Shown in pieces: positions 38,656 through 52,479 of a stretch of 64,000 nt of DNA. Source of the stretch: Lama guanicoe (lineage: Eukaryota); the NCBI GenBank assembly GCA_013239625.1, contig MU053722.1:1-64000 (forward strand). The letters run 5' to 3'. A model generated the notes under the pieces. The model ran no database searches. It was not told where the DNA came from and saw only the letters and a program-made list of their open reading frames with translations. Both the position numbers and the translations under genes were made by a program. Each line of letters opens with the position of its first letter. Position 1 is the first letter of the stretch.

Positions 38656-40274
38656 CTAGGCATCATTTAATTTGGTCAATAATTGAATATTTATTTCTAT
38701 CACTTGTGCAATTTTGAGAATAAAAAACAAGAGCACACTTATCATTCCTTTCCATTATCTCACTTTGTAACAGAATTTCAGCATGTGTATTTGATGTCAT
38801 TTTAAAATTCCCTTTCAAATGTATGATCTGTGTTTTCTACACAAGCACAGTATTATTATCAAACTCATGCTTCAGTTAAACCCTGAAGCAATGTAACTGA
38901 AATATCTATTTTTTTCTTACCTAGTTAACTGTAAAACCGCAGAAATTCTGAAGTTAATTTGAGGAGAGTAAGGCAAAGATTTGGATATAAATTTATAAGG
39001 AGTATTTGAACCTGTTCCTCTTTGTCATCCATTAAAACAGTTGTGTTCTGCCTAGGTCTGCACTTACTAAGTGTGAATTTTTTTTTTTTTTGAGTGATTT
39101 CTTGAATGATGTTATACACTTAAATTTGAGTACCAGTGCCATGCCTGATTCCTCATCTGTTCTCACTCTGACCCCACGTATCAGTCTTGATGATGTTAAT
39201 TTGAATATCAACACATATAAAAAGCAAACTAATAATCAGTTAATTTGCAAATTTNNNNNNNNNNNNNNNNNNNNNNNNNNNNNNNNNNNNNNNNNNNNNN
39301 NNNNNNNNNNNNNNNNNNNNNNNNNNNNNNNNNNNNNNNNNNNNNNNNNNNNNNNNNNNNNNNNNNNNNNNNNNNNNNNNNNNNNNNNNNNNNNNNNNNN
39401 NNNNNNNNNNNNNNNNNNNNNNNNNNNNNNNNNNNNNNNNNNNNNNNNNNNNNNNNNNNNNNNNNNNNNNNNNNNNNNNNNNNGCAGCTACAGTTCTCAT
39501 GCTCTCCTTCCCAGTATGAAGGAATAGCATAATGTAGTGAGACCTCCAGCCATTCTAGTTCCTCAGGACATCAGTTAAGCCAGGCATTTCTGAAATCTGT
39601 TTCTGTTCCTCAATCATGTGCATCTTCTGGAGATGTGCTTATTGCCCTCTAATTATGCTGAGAATGGTGAGAGCATGAAATCTAAGCCTATTCCCCCAGT
39701 TGGTTGGAAAATAAATGACTCTGGTACCATTCATATTGACACTTCTATAAATACTGTACTAATTCAACATTGCTCTGGACCTTCCATTTTGACAATGACA
39801 TTTGTCATGTTTCCACCTAAGTGGCATCATATTCAAAATTCCTAATATGTATTATACCTAGAGGAAAGGCTTCAATAACATATTTAAAATATAAAGGCAA
39901 GATGAAATATTAAAATGGTAATTAATTCTACACTTCAAGTCTCATGAAATTATAATTGCATATTAATAGCTACAAGTGGCTTTGGGTCTGATGAAATAAT
40001 TTAATTTTTATGACGAGAAAGATTATTTCCAGAAATAATGTTCATTTTCAATGGGGTCAAACTAGCATAAGTACCTTAATAGTCATGGTGTTTAACCTGT
40101 CATTCTAGGCAACTCTAATAGTTACAGCAGAGCTGGTACTTCAAATAAAGTTGCATGAGAACAGAGGAATTTATAATTCCAGAAAGTATTCTTCTGACAT
40201 TACATAACTCCTGTATAAAATATAACCAAAAAAATAATTGGCCTGATTTTTATCATTTATTTTATGATGGTAAC

Positions 40275-42190
40275 ACTGACCTGAGAGAATGAGTTTGGAA
40301 GTGTCCCCTCCTCCTCCATTTTTTAAAGTAGTTTGAGAAGGGTAGGTGTTAACTCCTCTTTAAATGTTTGGTAGAAATTACCTTGAAGCCCTCTCCTCCT
40401 GGACTTTTGTTTATTGTGAGGTTTTTGATTTGTTTTGTTTTGTTTTTTACTGGTTTAATTTCACTGTTGGTAGTCAATCTGTTATATTTTCTGTTTGATC
40501 TGTGTTCAATCTTGGGAAATTGTACATTTCTGGGAATTTGCCCATTTCTCCCAGGTTGTTCATTTTATTGGCATGTAGTTGTTTGTTGTAGTCTCTTGGA
40601 TGCTTTGGTTTTCTGTGGCATTGGTTGTAACTTCTCCTTTTTCATTTCTAATTTTATTGATTTGAGCCTTCTCTCTTGTTTCCTTGATGAGTATAGATAC
40701 AGGTTTATTCCTCTGCCCCATGATTACTAATTTTGACCTCATATTTTATATATTTGTTTTGTGTATCCCTTAACTACTTATTGTGGATTTAGATATGATA
40801 TGGCTACTTTTGTCTTTTAACTTTTTTACCAGCTTTGTATATGGTTGATTGATTTACTACTATTATTGCATAATTGTCCTTTTCAATAAAAGCTTTTTCC
40901 TTTCATAATTTTCATGTTTCTACTTGTGGCCTTTTCTTTTTCACTTAGAGAAATCTCTAACATTTGGTTTGGTGGTGCTGACTCTTAGAGATTTTGCTTG
41001 TCTGCAAAACTTTTGGTCTCTTGACCAAATCTGTAAGAAAGCCTTTCTAGCTAGAGTATTCTTGGCTATAGCTTTCTCCCTTTCATCACACTGAACATAT
41101 TGTGCCACTCCTTTCTGGCTTTCAGAGCTTCTGTTGATCATCTGATAGCCTTTTGGGAGTTCCCTTGTGTGTAACTTACTGCTTTTCCCTCACTGCTTTT
41201 AATATTCTTTATTTTTAGTTTTTTGCCATTTTAATTGCAGTGTGTCTTGGTGTGGTCCTCTTTCGGTTGATCTTGTTAGGACTCTGCTTCCTAGACTTGG
41301 ATGTCTTGTTTTCTTTCCCAAGTTAGGGAAGTTTTCAGCTATTACATCTTCAGATACATTCTCTGCCCCTTCTTCTCCCTCTTCTCTGAGACCGCTAATG
41401 CAAATGTCAGTATGCTAAATGTAATCTCAGAGGTCTCTTAAAAATGTCCTCATTTCTTTTTCTTCTTTTTTTTTTTTCCCCAACTTCAGTGATTTCCACT
41501 ACTCGGTCTTCCAGCTCTCTGATTGATTCCTCTGTATCATTTAGTCTAATATTGATTCCTTCTATTGTATTTTTTATTTCAGTTATTATATCCTTCCACT
41601 CTGTTTGGTTAATCTTTATATTTTTTAACTCTTTGTTAAAAACTTGTAACATCGTTCTTAGTTTATGCATTCTTCTCCTGAGTTCTTCTATCATATTCAT
41701 TATCATTACCTTGAACTCTTTCTCAGGTTGATTTCCTGTTTCCACTTCACTTTTTGTTCTGGGGTTTCATCTTGTTCCTTCACTTGGAACATGTTCCTCT
41801 ATTTCCTTATTTTGCCTAATTTGCTGTTTTTATTTATGTGTATCTTGTAGATTGGCCATGTTTCCTGAGCTTGGAGAAGTGGCTTTTTGTAGGAGAAGTC
41901 CTACGAGTTCCAGCTGCATACTCCTCTCTGGTCACCAGAGCTATACAACAGGGATGCCCCATGTGGGCTGTGTGGTTCCCTTTGTTGTGGCAGGCAGTTT
42001 GGTAGTTGTGGCTAGCCCCTGTCCAGTTGCTTGCCTGGCCCTGCCTTGTGCTGAGGCTGCCAGCTGCTGATTGGTGGGGCCAGGATGGCTGGCTGTGGAA
42101 TTCTGGGGGTCCTGGCTCACTGGTGGGTGGAGCAGAGTCCAGGAGATCCTGGGGCTGGTGAAGCCAGGTCCTGGGCCTAGTGCCAGGATC
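40275..42190 (-). mobile_element. LINE-1 5' part (ORF2 N-terminal pieces, ORF1, 5' UTR remnant)
   Basis: ORF1 coiled-coil remnant 41407-41745 (EKEFKVMI..EIKNTIEGINIRLNDTEESIRELEDR); ORF2 piece REKAQINKIRNEKGEVTT. Confidence 0.92.
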
Positions 42191-43024
42191 ATCTTAAATT
42201 CATGTATCAGTTTACAGAGAACGGATACTTTCATATTAAAAACTTCGTATTGAATATCCTTATTTGACAAAAGAATATGTTTTCTTTTCCATTTCAGATC
42301 TCATTTCATATTCCCCAACAGTCTTTTAAAGTGTTATTTACCTATGCATTTCATATTTCAACTTTATTTGCATCTATTAAAAATGAACTGTTATACCTGT
42401 GTTAAGACCTGCTAGACAGTTTTGCCAGTTCTCCTGGTCTAGAATGATGTTGGCAAACTCTGAGTGTCTAAATTTGCAGTGGGTAAGCTGATTTAGTGAC
42501 TAATTTGGAGAAACTCATTAAATGTATCCCAGCATAGAAAGAGATAGTTTCCTTGAAACATAGACTCAATCCTCATGTCTGTCTACAAAACATCCTTGAA
42601 CATCACTGTGAATGCCTAAGGATAGAAGAAAGGGAATAAAGCGTGGCACCTAAAAACAAATGTAACTTAAAAGTAAACTTAACAATGGCATCAGGAGATA
42701 TTTCATGATGTTTAAAGTCCTTTGAATCTGAAAGGCCAGGGGTATAAAGGCAGCAGAAAAGCAACAGAACAAAGGTACAAAGAACATACAGTAACAAGCT
42801 CCCAAGGTAGTCCTAAACTCAAACTTTAATAACATATGGAAAGGCTGAATTGAGAAGAAAATATCATAATAATTTACAGTTACTATTTGGGAAAATATAA
42901 TAATTTATAATTATTATTTGGGAAAACATATAGTTAAAATATTAATATCAAGCTTTATTAGTAAATTTTTCTTAGTAAATTAAATAAATTTTACTATTAC
43001 AACATTATATAAACCAGTTTTACT

Positions 43025-43325
43025 CGAGTGGCAGTATGCCCAGACTCAAAAAAAAAAATGCATACTACTTCTCTAGCTTTTCTCATAGATAGATACGGCT
43101 GTAAGACTCAGTAATGGCCAGTGCATTGTACGTTTAATTTGTTGGGTTGACCTTTAAAAAAATCCTTTAAAAAAAGAGCCAGACTCACCTCATACCCTCC
43201 TTGTTTTTGCCCTTTGCCCTTCCTTCTCTTTCCATCTCAAATGTAAATGTAATGACAGGAGCTGCAGCAACCACCTTGTTAAGGGTCATGAGAAAAAGGC
43301 AGAAAGGATTGTAGAGACCTCATTC
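43025..43325 (+). mobile_element. Old MLT1 LTR fragment
   Basis: GGCAGTATGCCCAG..TAATGACAGGAGCTGCAGCAACCACCTTG..CATGAG. Confidence 0.55.
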
Positions 43326-43329
43326 CTAA

Positions 43330-43882
43330 ATGCTCTTTGACTATAAATAAGGCCTTAACATTTCCATCAGATTGATTAAGCTTTAGATTTGGTTTCTTCT
43401 TGAGTTGAGCCCCTTATTATCTTTTTTCTTTGAGTGTTTAATTTAGGACATTTGCAGTTGCAAACTATTTCTCTGCCCCTCTGAAATATGTGTAAATCCC
43501 CTTAAAGCCTCTTGTCAACTTTATGAGTCAGGTAATGTCTTTCTCAAGGACCTATGAAGCATCTCTTGTAATATAAACACGGAGGAAAGATTGCACCTCT
43601 ATCTCCCATTCTCTGTGGAAGGAGAGGGGCCTGACTTCAGTAGGCTTCTTGTTCCAGGTTGTAAAACTGCCTCCTGTTGTGAGAATAGGAGAAAGTTTAC
43701 TCTTCCTTTGGGTACTGCCAGTTACCAAGCACAGGTAGTCTGCAATCCCTCCACCCCAGCTCTTAAAACTCTCCTGTCTTTGTTTCGGTGGAATTCAGTT
43801 CAGTATCTCTCCCCTGTTGTAATACCATTGGAATAAAATTGACTTTCGTTTGTTATTCAGCATGTTTTTTTTTCCTTTAATA
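43330..43882 (+). mobile_element. MER34/MER39-like ERV1 LTR
   Basis: AATGTCTTTCTCAAGGACCT..TCTCCCATTCTCTGTGGAAGG..GTAAAACTGCCTCCTGT..GGAATAAAATT. Confidence 0.7.
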
Positions 43883-46800
43883 CTGCAACTCTGGACTAAG
43901 TATTAAACTAAAACATTAAAAGGCAGTTTTTATAAAATAATTAAAAAGTAGTGAAGGTAGGTAGGATTGGGTTTTCTATAGTGAAATCAGTCCTTACTGT
44001 CTCAAAATCATTTTTAAATTTATGTCTTGATAAAATGAAACAATTCTTCTGTTGAGGATTTTATTGTAAATAGAGAAAAAGACAGTTATTTGCCATTCAT
44101 CATAAAATCTTCCCAAAAATAAAAATTGAAAAAAAATGTAAATGTCATTCAGGTAGTTTTAATTTGCCTATTGTTTACCTATGTCTGTCCAATGAAAGTA
44201 CAGAGAACTTTGTGTAGGAGAAACACTGGCCCCCAACTACTAGTTATTCATAGTGGAATACAGAAAAGCAATGCCATATCTGATTAAATTAGCTAAGTGT
44301 TGCTGTCTAGATTTATCTAGCTGTTGTAATTGAATCAGAGCTAAAGAGATCGTTGTTTAATTAAAATTGAAACCAATTAATTGTTCCAATTGTTGTTTCT
44401 ATGAAAGATGCCATTTCTTAACAAAATCACTTTGATGAAGTGAAGAGATCTCTTGGAACATTGCCTTAGGACCATTGCTGAAAATTGAAGTCATTCGCAA
44501 TATAGTCATCTTCTTACTTTGAATTAACATGCACCACTGAAGAGAAAATATTTAAGTACTGAACCTCCTAACTGTATTTTTTAAAACAAATTTATTTTTT
44601 AAAATAACTTTTTGAAGAAATTGAATAGGAACTAAAATAATTACAAGAGTTGGATTTTAAAAGTTTAGTCACCTCCAATTCTTTGAGCCAAATTGATCTG
44701 ATTTCCATTTCTACAACACTGCTTATAAATACTTTTCAGTTTTAATTTTACAAAATATTTTAGTTTTAGTTAACTTGATTGATCTGTTTGACTTGCCTGA
44801 TTTCTGTGTCATTCCTCTCTCCTGATTTTTCTTATGCTAACTCTGCTTTGGTTAGGCACTGCTCATCCTAATCCACTGAAAGTGTGTCATTTCTTATCAT
44901 ACTTAGTTTTCAATCATGATTTATACCCAGAGTGTGGGCCAGAGAGGGGGTCAGTGTCCAGGTGCATTCCTGACCTATGCAGCAGTTTGAGCAAAGCCAT
45001 GATGAAACCTGCTAGCATGTTTAGGAATCTACAATCAGGTCCAGCTGGAGGAAAGCCTAGATATAGAAACAACAAAGTTAAAAACAATAGTTTTGGGTTT
45101 TGGTGCCTTTTTTCCTTTCAGTAAATTGAAAGAATTGATACTATTTCTGTGACCAGAAAGGGAAACATACATTTCTTGCTTTATGTTCTTGACTGCATCT
45201 CAGTATCACTCCATTATCCTTTTGCAGTCAGATCCAGTATGCCTTTCCACGTCACCAGGGTGACAAGGTAACCGAGAGAAAGACTCTAGACAGAATTACC
45301 TTGCTCTCCGTTGCACATGCGTGCTCTAGTCCAGTGCACCTTGGTGGGAATGGGCTGTTCTTTCTTAAGTTTAGCTCACCAAAGTGTCAGTGTCCATAGT
45401 GTGGATGAGAAAAATAAGGAGGTTGATTCATGAACCCTAAAGGCATGGTGGGACTGTCTTTCTATAATCACCCATTCCCTGGCTAAAACCAAGGGAATGC
45501 TGAAAATTACTTTTGGCTGAATGTCAGCCTGTCCAAGTGAGATAAGTTTTCTTTCTTTTTTTTTTTAAGAAAGATACTCAAACATAATAGAAAATACCAA
45601 CATTCTCAGGGTAGAGAATGGTTTAGGATGTAGAAATTTTTTTTTTCCCTTACGATACCTGTCTAAGCTGCTGAGTGTATTCATGGCTCAAAGGGAAGGA
45701 ATATACTGATGTGAGGATCCTACGAAGGCTTTTGTCCTTAATTCTTATGCAGTCTTTGGGCTCTCATAATCATTCCAGAAACTCAGCAGCTCCTCTCTTT
45801 TTTTCAAGTTGTGGCTGCCTAAGGGATAGACGAGCTGAAACTAAAACATACATCCAAAAATACACTGGATGATACCAGAAAGCCATGAACTGGCTGCAGG
45901 AGAACCAGTCTAATCACATTTCTCTCACTTGTTGGCTTTATGCTCTTGGAAAATTATACTACCTTTTAGAGCATTTCCTCATCTCTGAATGAAAGGGATG
46001 ATTGGGTCATTTTAAACACGCCATCCATTACTTAATATTATGTGCTTTTTATTCCAGAATGTAGGGAAGGTTTGTGTGTGCTCTAGTACTGGGATGGTAG
46101 CTGGTAATAAAGAGACAAATATAAGTCATCCCCTGCTTCCAGAGAGCTCACATTGTAATGGGAGAAGAACAATGAATGAATAAGAAACGTCTTCCTAGAA
46201 GTTAATTTTCATCAGACTTCATGTTATATGATAACACATAAGGTGAAAAAAAAAGTGGCAGTACAAAGACAGTTACAAAAATCTGTATCCTTAAGCAGTG
46301 TATTGCCCAACACGTAAACAGATAAATTCAGTGTGGAGTGACATTTTCTAGGATACAGTTATACACAAACTGCAGTAACAGACACATGAGGGCTATATCT
46401 CCCAAATTAGAAGGTTAGGGAAGATGTATCCTGAAGCTGTGACTTGAGACAAATCATAAATTTGTTGAATCAACGATTTATTTGGTTGTACTCCATACAA
46501 CCAAAGGTATTTGCTAAGCCGCTGAGCCACAGTTTAATGAACTGGAGCAAAAGAATACAGGAGAGAGACTTGTGTCTTCTCAGTAACCATCTAAATATGC
46601 AGTCAAATATACACGTATATATTTTAATTTAGATATTGAATACTACCTTCCAGACACTGGGCGTAGTGCACAAAAATAGCATGAGTCTTTATTAAACTCA
46701 CAGTTCTAGGAGAGGCTAACAAACAAACAGAGTGACTAATAAAATATAAAATTGCAAGGTGTGATTATTGTTATTTAAAAATTAAATAAGATGTCTTGAT

Positions 46801-47617
46801 GGAAAACACAGAGGTAGTTCCGCAATTATTTTAAGTTGGTGGGCAGCAGATTCTACCCGATGAGGTTACCCTTAAGCTAAGACTTGGAAGAGGAGAAGGA
46901 ATCTAAGGATACACAAAAACTGGTATCTGTGTGATAGTATACCTGAGTGTTAGAAGAGGATGAAATAGAAGAGGGGGCAAAATGCACTGTTACTCAAGCT
47001 ACACATCTGGAAAAAGCAAATCAAAGCACTTCATTAAGAAAGCTTTGCTAAGGAGAAAACGAAACAAATACAAAACAAACAAACATTAGCTGAGTTTTGT
47101 GATGTGTTTGATTTACATTCAAAGGACTTACCTGTTGGCTAATCTATGATACCATTTGCTAACTAGTGAGCAGTCTATCCTTGGACAAATCCACTTCTCT
47201 AGAGTACACCAAATAGAGAAAATAACATGGGAGAAGGTCCCTAAAGGACTTCTCATTCTCCCTAAATGGGCAGTGGACCACTGAGTCCAGTGTGTAGCAG
47301 GTATGGTGGGGACAGCATATGAAATTATGAAGGAGTCAAACTTCTCAAGACTTAGTTGAACAGATTAAGAAGTCTGAGTTTGTTTTTACGTATAACCAAA
47401 AAGCACAGATGGCTTTTCAGAAGGGAATTATATGTTCCAATTTATAGTTTAAAAAAATGATTATTTTGTTGGCAACTGTCTCTGCTCATAGAGAATTAAG
47501 GTAAATTCAGGAGTCAGAAAATGAATAAAAGAGATGTATCAAGTTATTGAAGTTTGTCATTTTTCCAGATTCTCTATACTAAGAAAATTTGGTATCTATC
47601 AAATCTACACTTCTATT

Positions 47618-48137
47618 TGTGTGTGGGGGGGGGGATTTCCCCCTGTACTCCTCTTAATTTTTTGTGGCTGAACTAATAAAATTGACACAAGTCAAATAAA
47701 TGGTAGAAAAATAAACAAATTTTAATTTGTGCATATTGGAGATCTCAAAAAAATGAGACCTAAAGAGGCAGCTTTTGTATTTTTTAGACAAAGAAACATT
47801 ACATTTGTGAGGAATTGATGGGACAAAGAAACTTAGGTTTTGGGTGCTCAATAAATAAATTTAAACAGAGTCTGGGCTCTGGGTAGTAAATTAAAGAAGT
47901 AACGAGGTTAGTTTATAAAGGCTTCTCGGTGTGAATTCCCCATCTGGCAGTAAGGATGTCCTACCTCCAAACGTAGGGAGTGCACCTTTCACACAAGAGA
48001 TTTATTTCCTTCTTTCATGGGAGAGAAAAGAAGGTCAGAGTCCCTTTTGCATTGGCCATTTCTTAAGTAACCTGAATTCAAAATTATCAGTATGCCTTTG
48101 AGGCACATTTTGGGGTGGCTTATCCTGGGCCTTTACA
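47618..48137 (-). mobile_element. Solo ERV1 LTR (MER4/MER41-group-like)
   Basis: Minus strand starts TGTAAAGGCCCAGGATAAGCCACCCCAAAATGTGCC; TG..CA ends with near-TSD TATT/CATT. Confidence 0.75.
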
Positions 48138-48681
48138 CATTTATGCTCTTCCCTCTGTCTTATTAAAATATTAGTCTGAATAATCTTATGTTTATGTGTC
48201 ATATCTTTAGGCATTTTAATTTTAAACAGCCTCTGTAACAATGAAAAATAGTGTTTGATTCAAAGTTAAAGGGTTTCAAAGCTATAAGCAATAAATGCAA
48301 AGGATTTGGGGAAAGTAAACAATAAAATTTTTCTTTTAAGTGGACTATCAAACCTTTACATAAAGGTGGCCCTCTGTAGTGCTACATGTAGATAAGTACC
48401 TGCTAAATGCTTTAGCTAATGAAGAAGCAATTGAATTGTCTTATGATAAAAGAACTTAAATACATTTCAATGAATTAGGATATATTTAGAAATTATATTT
48501 TGTTTTCTTTCATTGACAAGGATACTGCATATTAATGAGAAGTTGAATTACCAAAAATACATCTCAGGTCATAGAAACTGAATACCAAAGTGAAATTCTA
48601 CTACTACTGGTATGATTGCCAGAGAAAATAACAACAGAAAGTTCTCAGTTGCCACTATACTTGTGCCAGTCTAAAAAAAAG

Positions 48682-48799
48682 GAACTCTTTTTTACATATA
48701 TATATTTATGTATATGTATATATATTTATGTATATATAAAATATATACATAAATATGTATATTTTATATATACATAAATTATATATGTAAAAGTTGTTC
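48682..48799. repeat. AT-rich imperfect palindrome
   Basis: Arms ATTTATGTATATATAAAATATATACAT (48724-48750) and ATGTATATTTTATATATACATAAAT (48755-48779); outer pairing TTTTACATATATA / TATATATGTAAAA. Confidence 0.8.
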
Positions 48800-49258
48800 T
48801 TATACCCTTTTATATATTATATATATAATTATAAAAAATGGGTCTTTTTGTTATATTAGCAGAAATCTAGTGATGATTAAGAATACATAACACAAAATAC
48901 AATTATAACTGACATTGTACTATAGTTCCCCCAGTTACTGAGGATCTATTAGTTTGACCTCTTAGTATGTGTCCTCTTCTGCAGGTATAAGAGTTCTGTG
49001 TTTATGGAATCTTCTAGTGAAGTTGTGAATGGCTGGACTCAGGAAGTGTCAGTGACTGTATTTCTCACCATCTGGAGAAGAGGAACTGTATTAAGAATAA
49101 AACTAATAAGCAGAGAGAAACAGAGATGGAGAAGAAATGGAGGATACTGTTTGATAAGAGGCTTGGCTGCCCATTCTTTAGCCACTTGGCATGCCTTGAG
49201 ATGGCTTATGCTAGCCAACTAGAGAATAAAGATGAATACTCAGATAAGCCTGAGTTAT

Positions 49259-49260
<2 letters not shown>

Positions 49261-49291
<31 letters not shown>
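49261..49291 (+). repeat. (AC)15 microsatellite
   Basis: Perfect AC run. Confidence 0.97.
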
Positions 49292-49293
<2 letters not shown>

Positions 49294-50477
49294 TAAAAAG
49301 GTAAACCTGTTGCTCCTGCTGTTGTATAGATATAATTCATTCCTGTGACTCACATAGATCTTGACTGTTTCCCACTGTTCAATCTCCTTGATACAGATAA
49401 CTAAAAATTAACCAATCTTTATAAACTTGTGCCAAAAATAGATATGCAATAAAAATATATAAACACATATCATATAGTAATAATCACATATAAGAAGTAA
49501 ATTTATTAAGCATATATTAGAGTAAAGCAGAAAAAAAATAACCTTCCACTCTTTATAGCCCATGTATTCAAGTTCAAACGAAGTCATTGAGAAATAATAA
49601 CCTGGAAAAATATAATCTGCCACATTTGCTCTCAGAGATAATTTCCCTATCCACTAATGTTTGTGCAAGTGTTTACATGAGCAGTTTCAGGAGAGAGATC
49701 ATTAGAGGAGGAAGCCAGGGAGAGCTTTGCTGTGCTTCTGCTATAGAGATCTATTTTTGAGGATTTTTCAGGTAATGCCATATCAGGGGAGAGTTGCTCT
49801 CTCAAGGACTATGTCAATTGAATAATTTTAAGCAAATATCAGTGAGAAATAAGCAATTAAATGGGTGAGTAAATGCTCATTTCATCATTAAAACTATTAA
49901 GATAAAGCTCTACAATGTGCTTAGGTTTCCGAGCTACTCGCAGGATTTAGAAGAAAAGAACAAAGGATTGGAAGGAAAACACATTGGTACCTAGCACTTA
50001 GGTTTCTGAAAAAGTTTGTCAAAGCACGTCATACCACCAGAGATTGTACTTATTGAATATAAAGAGAGATACATGATTATTCTATAAGTGGACAAACAAA
50101 AACATCTATTTATCTTCTGCATTATTCTAAATATTGTTTAAAAATCATTGGATTGCGGGAGTTATTTGCTGTGATAATGCTACCAAGTCACTGGTTGTGA
50201 GGTGTAACTCCCTTACCTGTGTATCTTTCAGATTAATCTTAATCACTTTGGTAAAAATCATGTAATACCAAGGGAAATTTGGTTATAAAGAGGAGACACT
50301 TATTTCCTCTGTGGAAACTTATCCCAAAACATATAGGATGCAAAACATTACATTAGAGAGGTTCTGTGAAATCATCTTATGAAGTCTCTCTTCTACTAGG
50401 TTATTTGATGTAGCTTGAGAAAACAAAATACGGAAATCCTAATTACTAGAGGATCTTACTAGAAGAACGAGATTTTT

Positions 50478-50604
50478 ACTACTTTGGGTGGGGGTGCGGG
50501 CGTAATTAGGTTTACTTACTTTATTCTTAGAGGAAGTACTGGGGATTGAACCCAGGACCTCATGCACGTTAAGCATGCGCTCTACCACTTGAGCTATCCT
50601 CCCT
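50478..50604 (-). mobile_element. tRNA-derived SINE (camelid Vic-1-like) with TSD
   Basis: GTACTGGGGATTGAACCCAGGACCTCATGCACGTTAAGCATGCGCTCTACCACTTGAGCTAT; TSD GAAGAACGAGATTTTT (50462-50477) / GAAGAACAAGTTTTTT (50605-50620). Confidence 0.92.
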
Positions 50605-52479
50605 GAAGAACAAGTTTTTTTAAAGCTTAAACATCTAATTTGTACATTCCATGTGGTTCATTTTTCTCTGTATTTCCTTTTATTGTCAATGTAAAGGTAC
50701 ACTTATAGTTCCACTAATCTAAATTTTGTTAAAATGCTGCCTAGTTTTTGATAATCTTTGATTATTCTCATATCATTTTGTCATGATGTCCTCATTTAAC
50801 TTGTTTGAACACATTTATATAAAGACCAGACATGCTTTTATACATAAGAGTTAGGTATTTTACAATTTTCCATTCCAGTAGCACTGAACTCAGATCCAGG
50901 AAAATCTTGAGGCTCACGAGGATTGAATGGCTGAAACAAAAACTCAGTGTTTCAGTTGTTCTCTGGTAATGCAAGATTTAGAGATTAAAAATATATACTT
51001 GAGTCTCTTCTGCGGTGAACTAATATGTAAAAGACGTGGACACCATGCTGGTGCTGCTTTCACTTCTCTCCTTTCTTCCTTCAGAGAGTCTCTTCAGGTA
51101 CTGGCTTCATAGAAGTTTGGAGATTTAAGCTAAATCAAAATTATGTGGGAGTTCAAGGTATTTGAAGTAGGACAGGGAGTGATGGTTAACAAGATAATTG
51201 GTATTTGAAGTGAAAACAAAAGTAAATTTCAGAGGAACTGTATGAATGTTAAAATCTCTTCTCATTTGCTGTGTTTCGTAAAGGATCAGCAGTCTTGCAG
51301 TTTATTCAGTAGAGATACACCAAGCCACTGGGAGAGTAAGGAAATGGTCCGAGAGTGTGAAAGTGATTAGTGGTAGAATGGATTCTTGTCACTTCTAGTT
51401 AAGCATCTTTCTCTATAAAACAATGACTTCCTATGTAGAATTGTACATATTTCCTCAGAATAGAAGGAGGTAACCAAGGAAAATATTCTTTATAAAAATT
51501 TGTGTAATAGTAACTCATTGTACCTGGACGGGTATAGAAATAGAAAGATTACAAAGAGTACTTCTTTAAAATCATATTCATTATAATAGAACTTTGACAA
51601 ATGCCCTAATATTTCCTTCTGAATGCTCTGATTTAATTCAGTTTGTATAATAATCCTTTTCTAAATGCAAAACTCCAAGCAGTATAACTGACATTGGTTC
51701 ATAAAGTTTGTGAATTTAATGGCCATAAATTGCTATATATGCTTATTTTTACGGTAAGTTTAGATAAAATAAGAATCGTGAGTTAAAACATCATATATTT
51801 AATAGATATTTAATTGTAGCGTGCTGCTCACACTTTTATTAATGAAACCATGCTATCCAGTGGCCTATTACTTGGAGCTTCAGCTGGGTGGCGACCACAG
51901 GGTGGCCAAACTGAATTGACTAAGTGCATGGTAACATGTATGTCTTCTAATATCTCTAAAAGCTCATAGTAGGAATAAACTTGAGCTTCTCATTTTGATG
52001 CTAGATGTTTGAGAATGAAAGCCCGCAAAGGATGAAATAAAAAATGTGAGGGAGAGGTAAACACTCATTTCTTGAGTTTGTACATGCTGCTGCTGCTGCT
52101 CAAGAGTGTTGAGCCTGAGCATGAACACCAGCAAGTAAACCATCCTGAAGGTCAAATAAAGTGGGGGCTACAATGTTCATATCACTAATGATTGTTCTAA
52201 GTCACTCAACTGTGTCCAGGGCACTGAATTATCCAGCTGAGTTATTTCACATTTACCTAGGATGTTAACTCTGTTACAGCTGACCACAATGGAGGCTGGA
52301 ACAGTGTAGATTAAAAAAGGAATTTCTGTTCTCAACAGAAGTCTCACGGTTCTCCACTAACTGGAGAAGAAAAGAAACTACCAGTTTCAGTACCTCTCAA
52401 GTTGCAGAGGAAACTTCAAACTATATTAACTACCAAACGTATTTTTCAGAATTCTTACTTCCCAGGTGTTAGTGTACTA

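Noticed and set aside
50530..50604. tRNA gene (A/B-box-like motifs; also ~36600-36670)
   Set aside because: SINE head with tail and TSD, not a complete cloverleaf.
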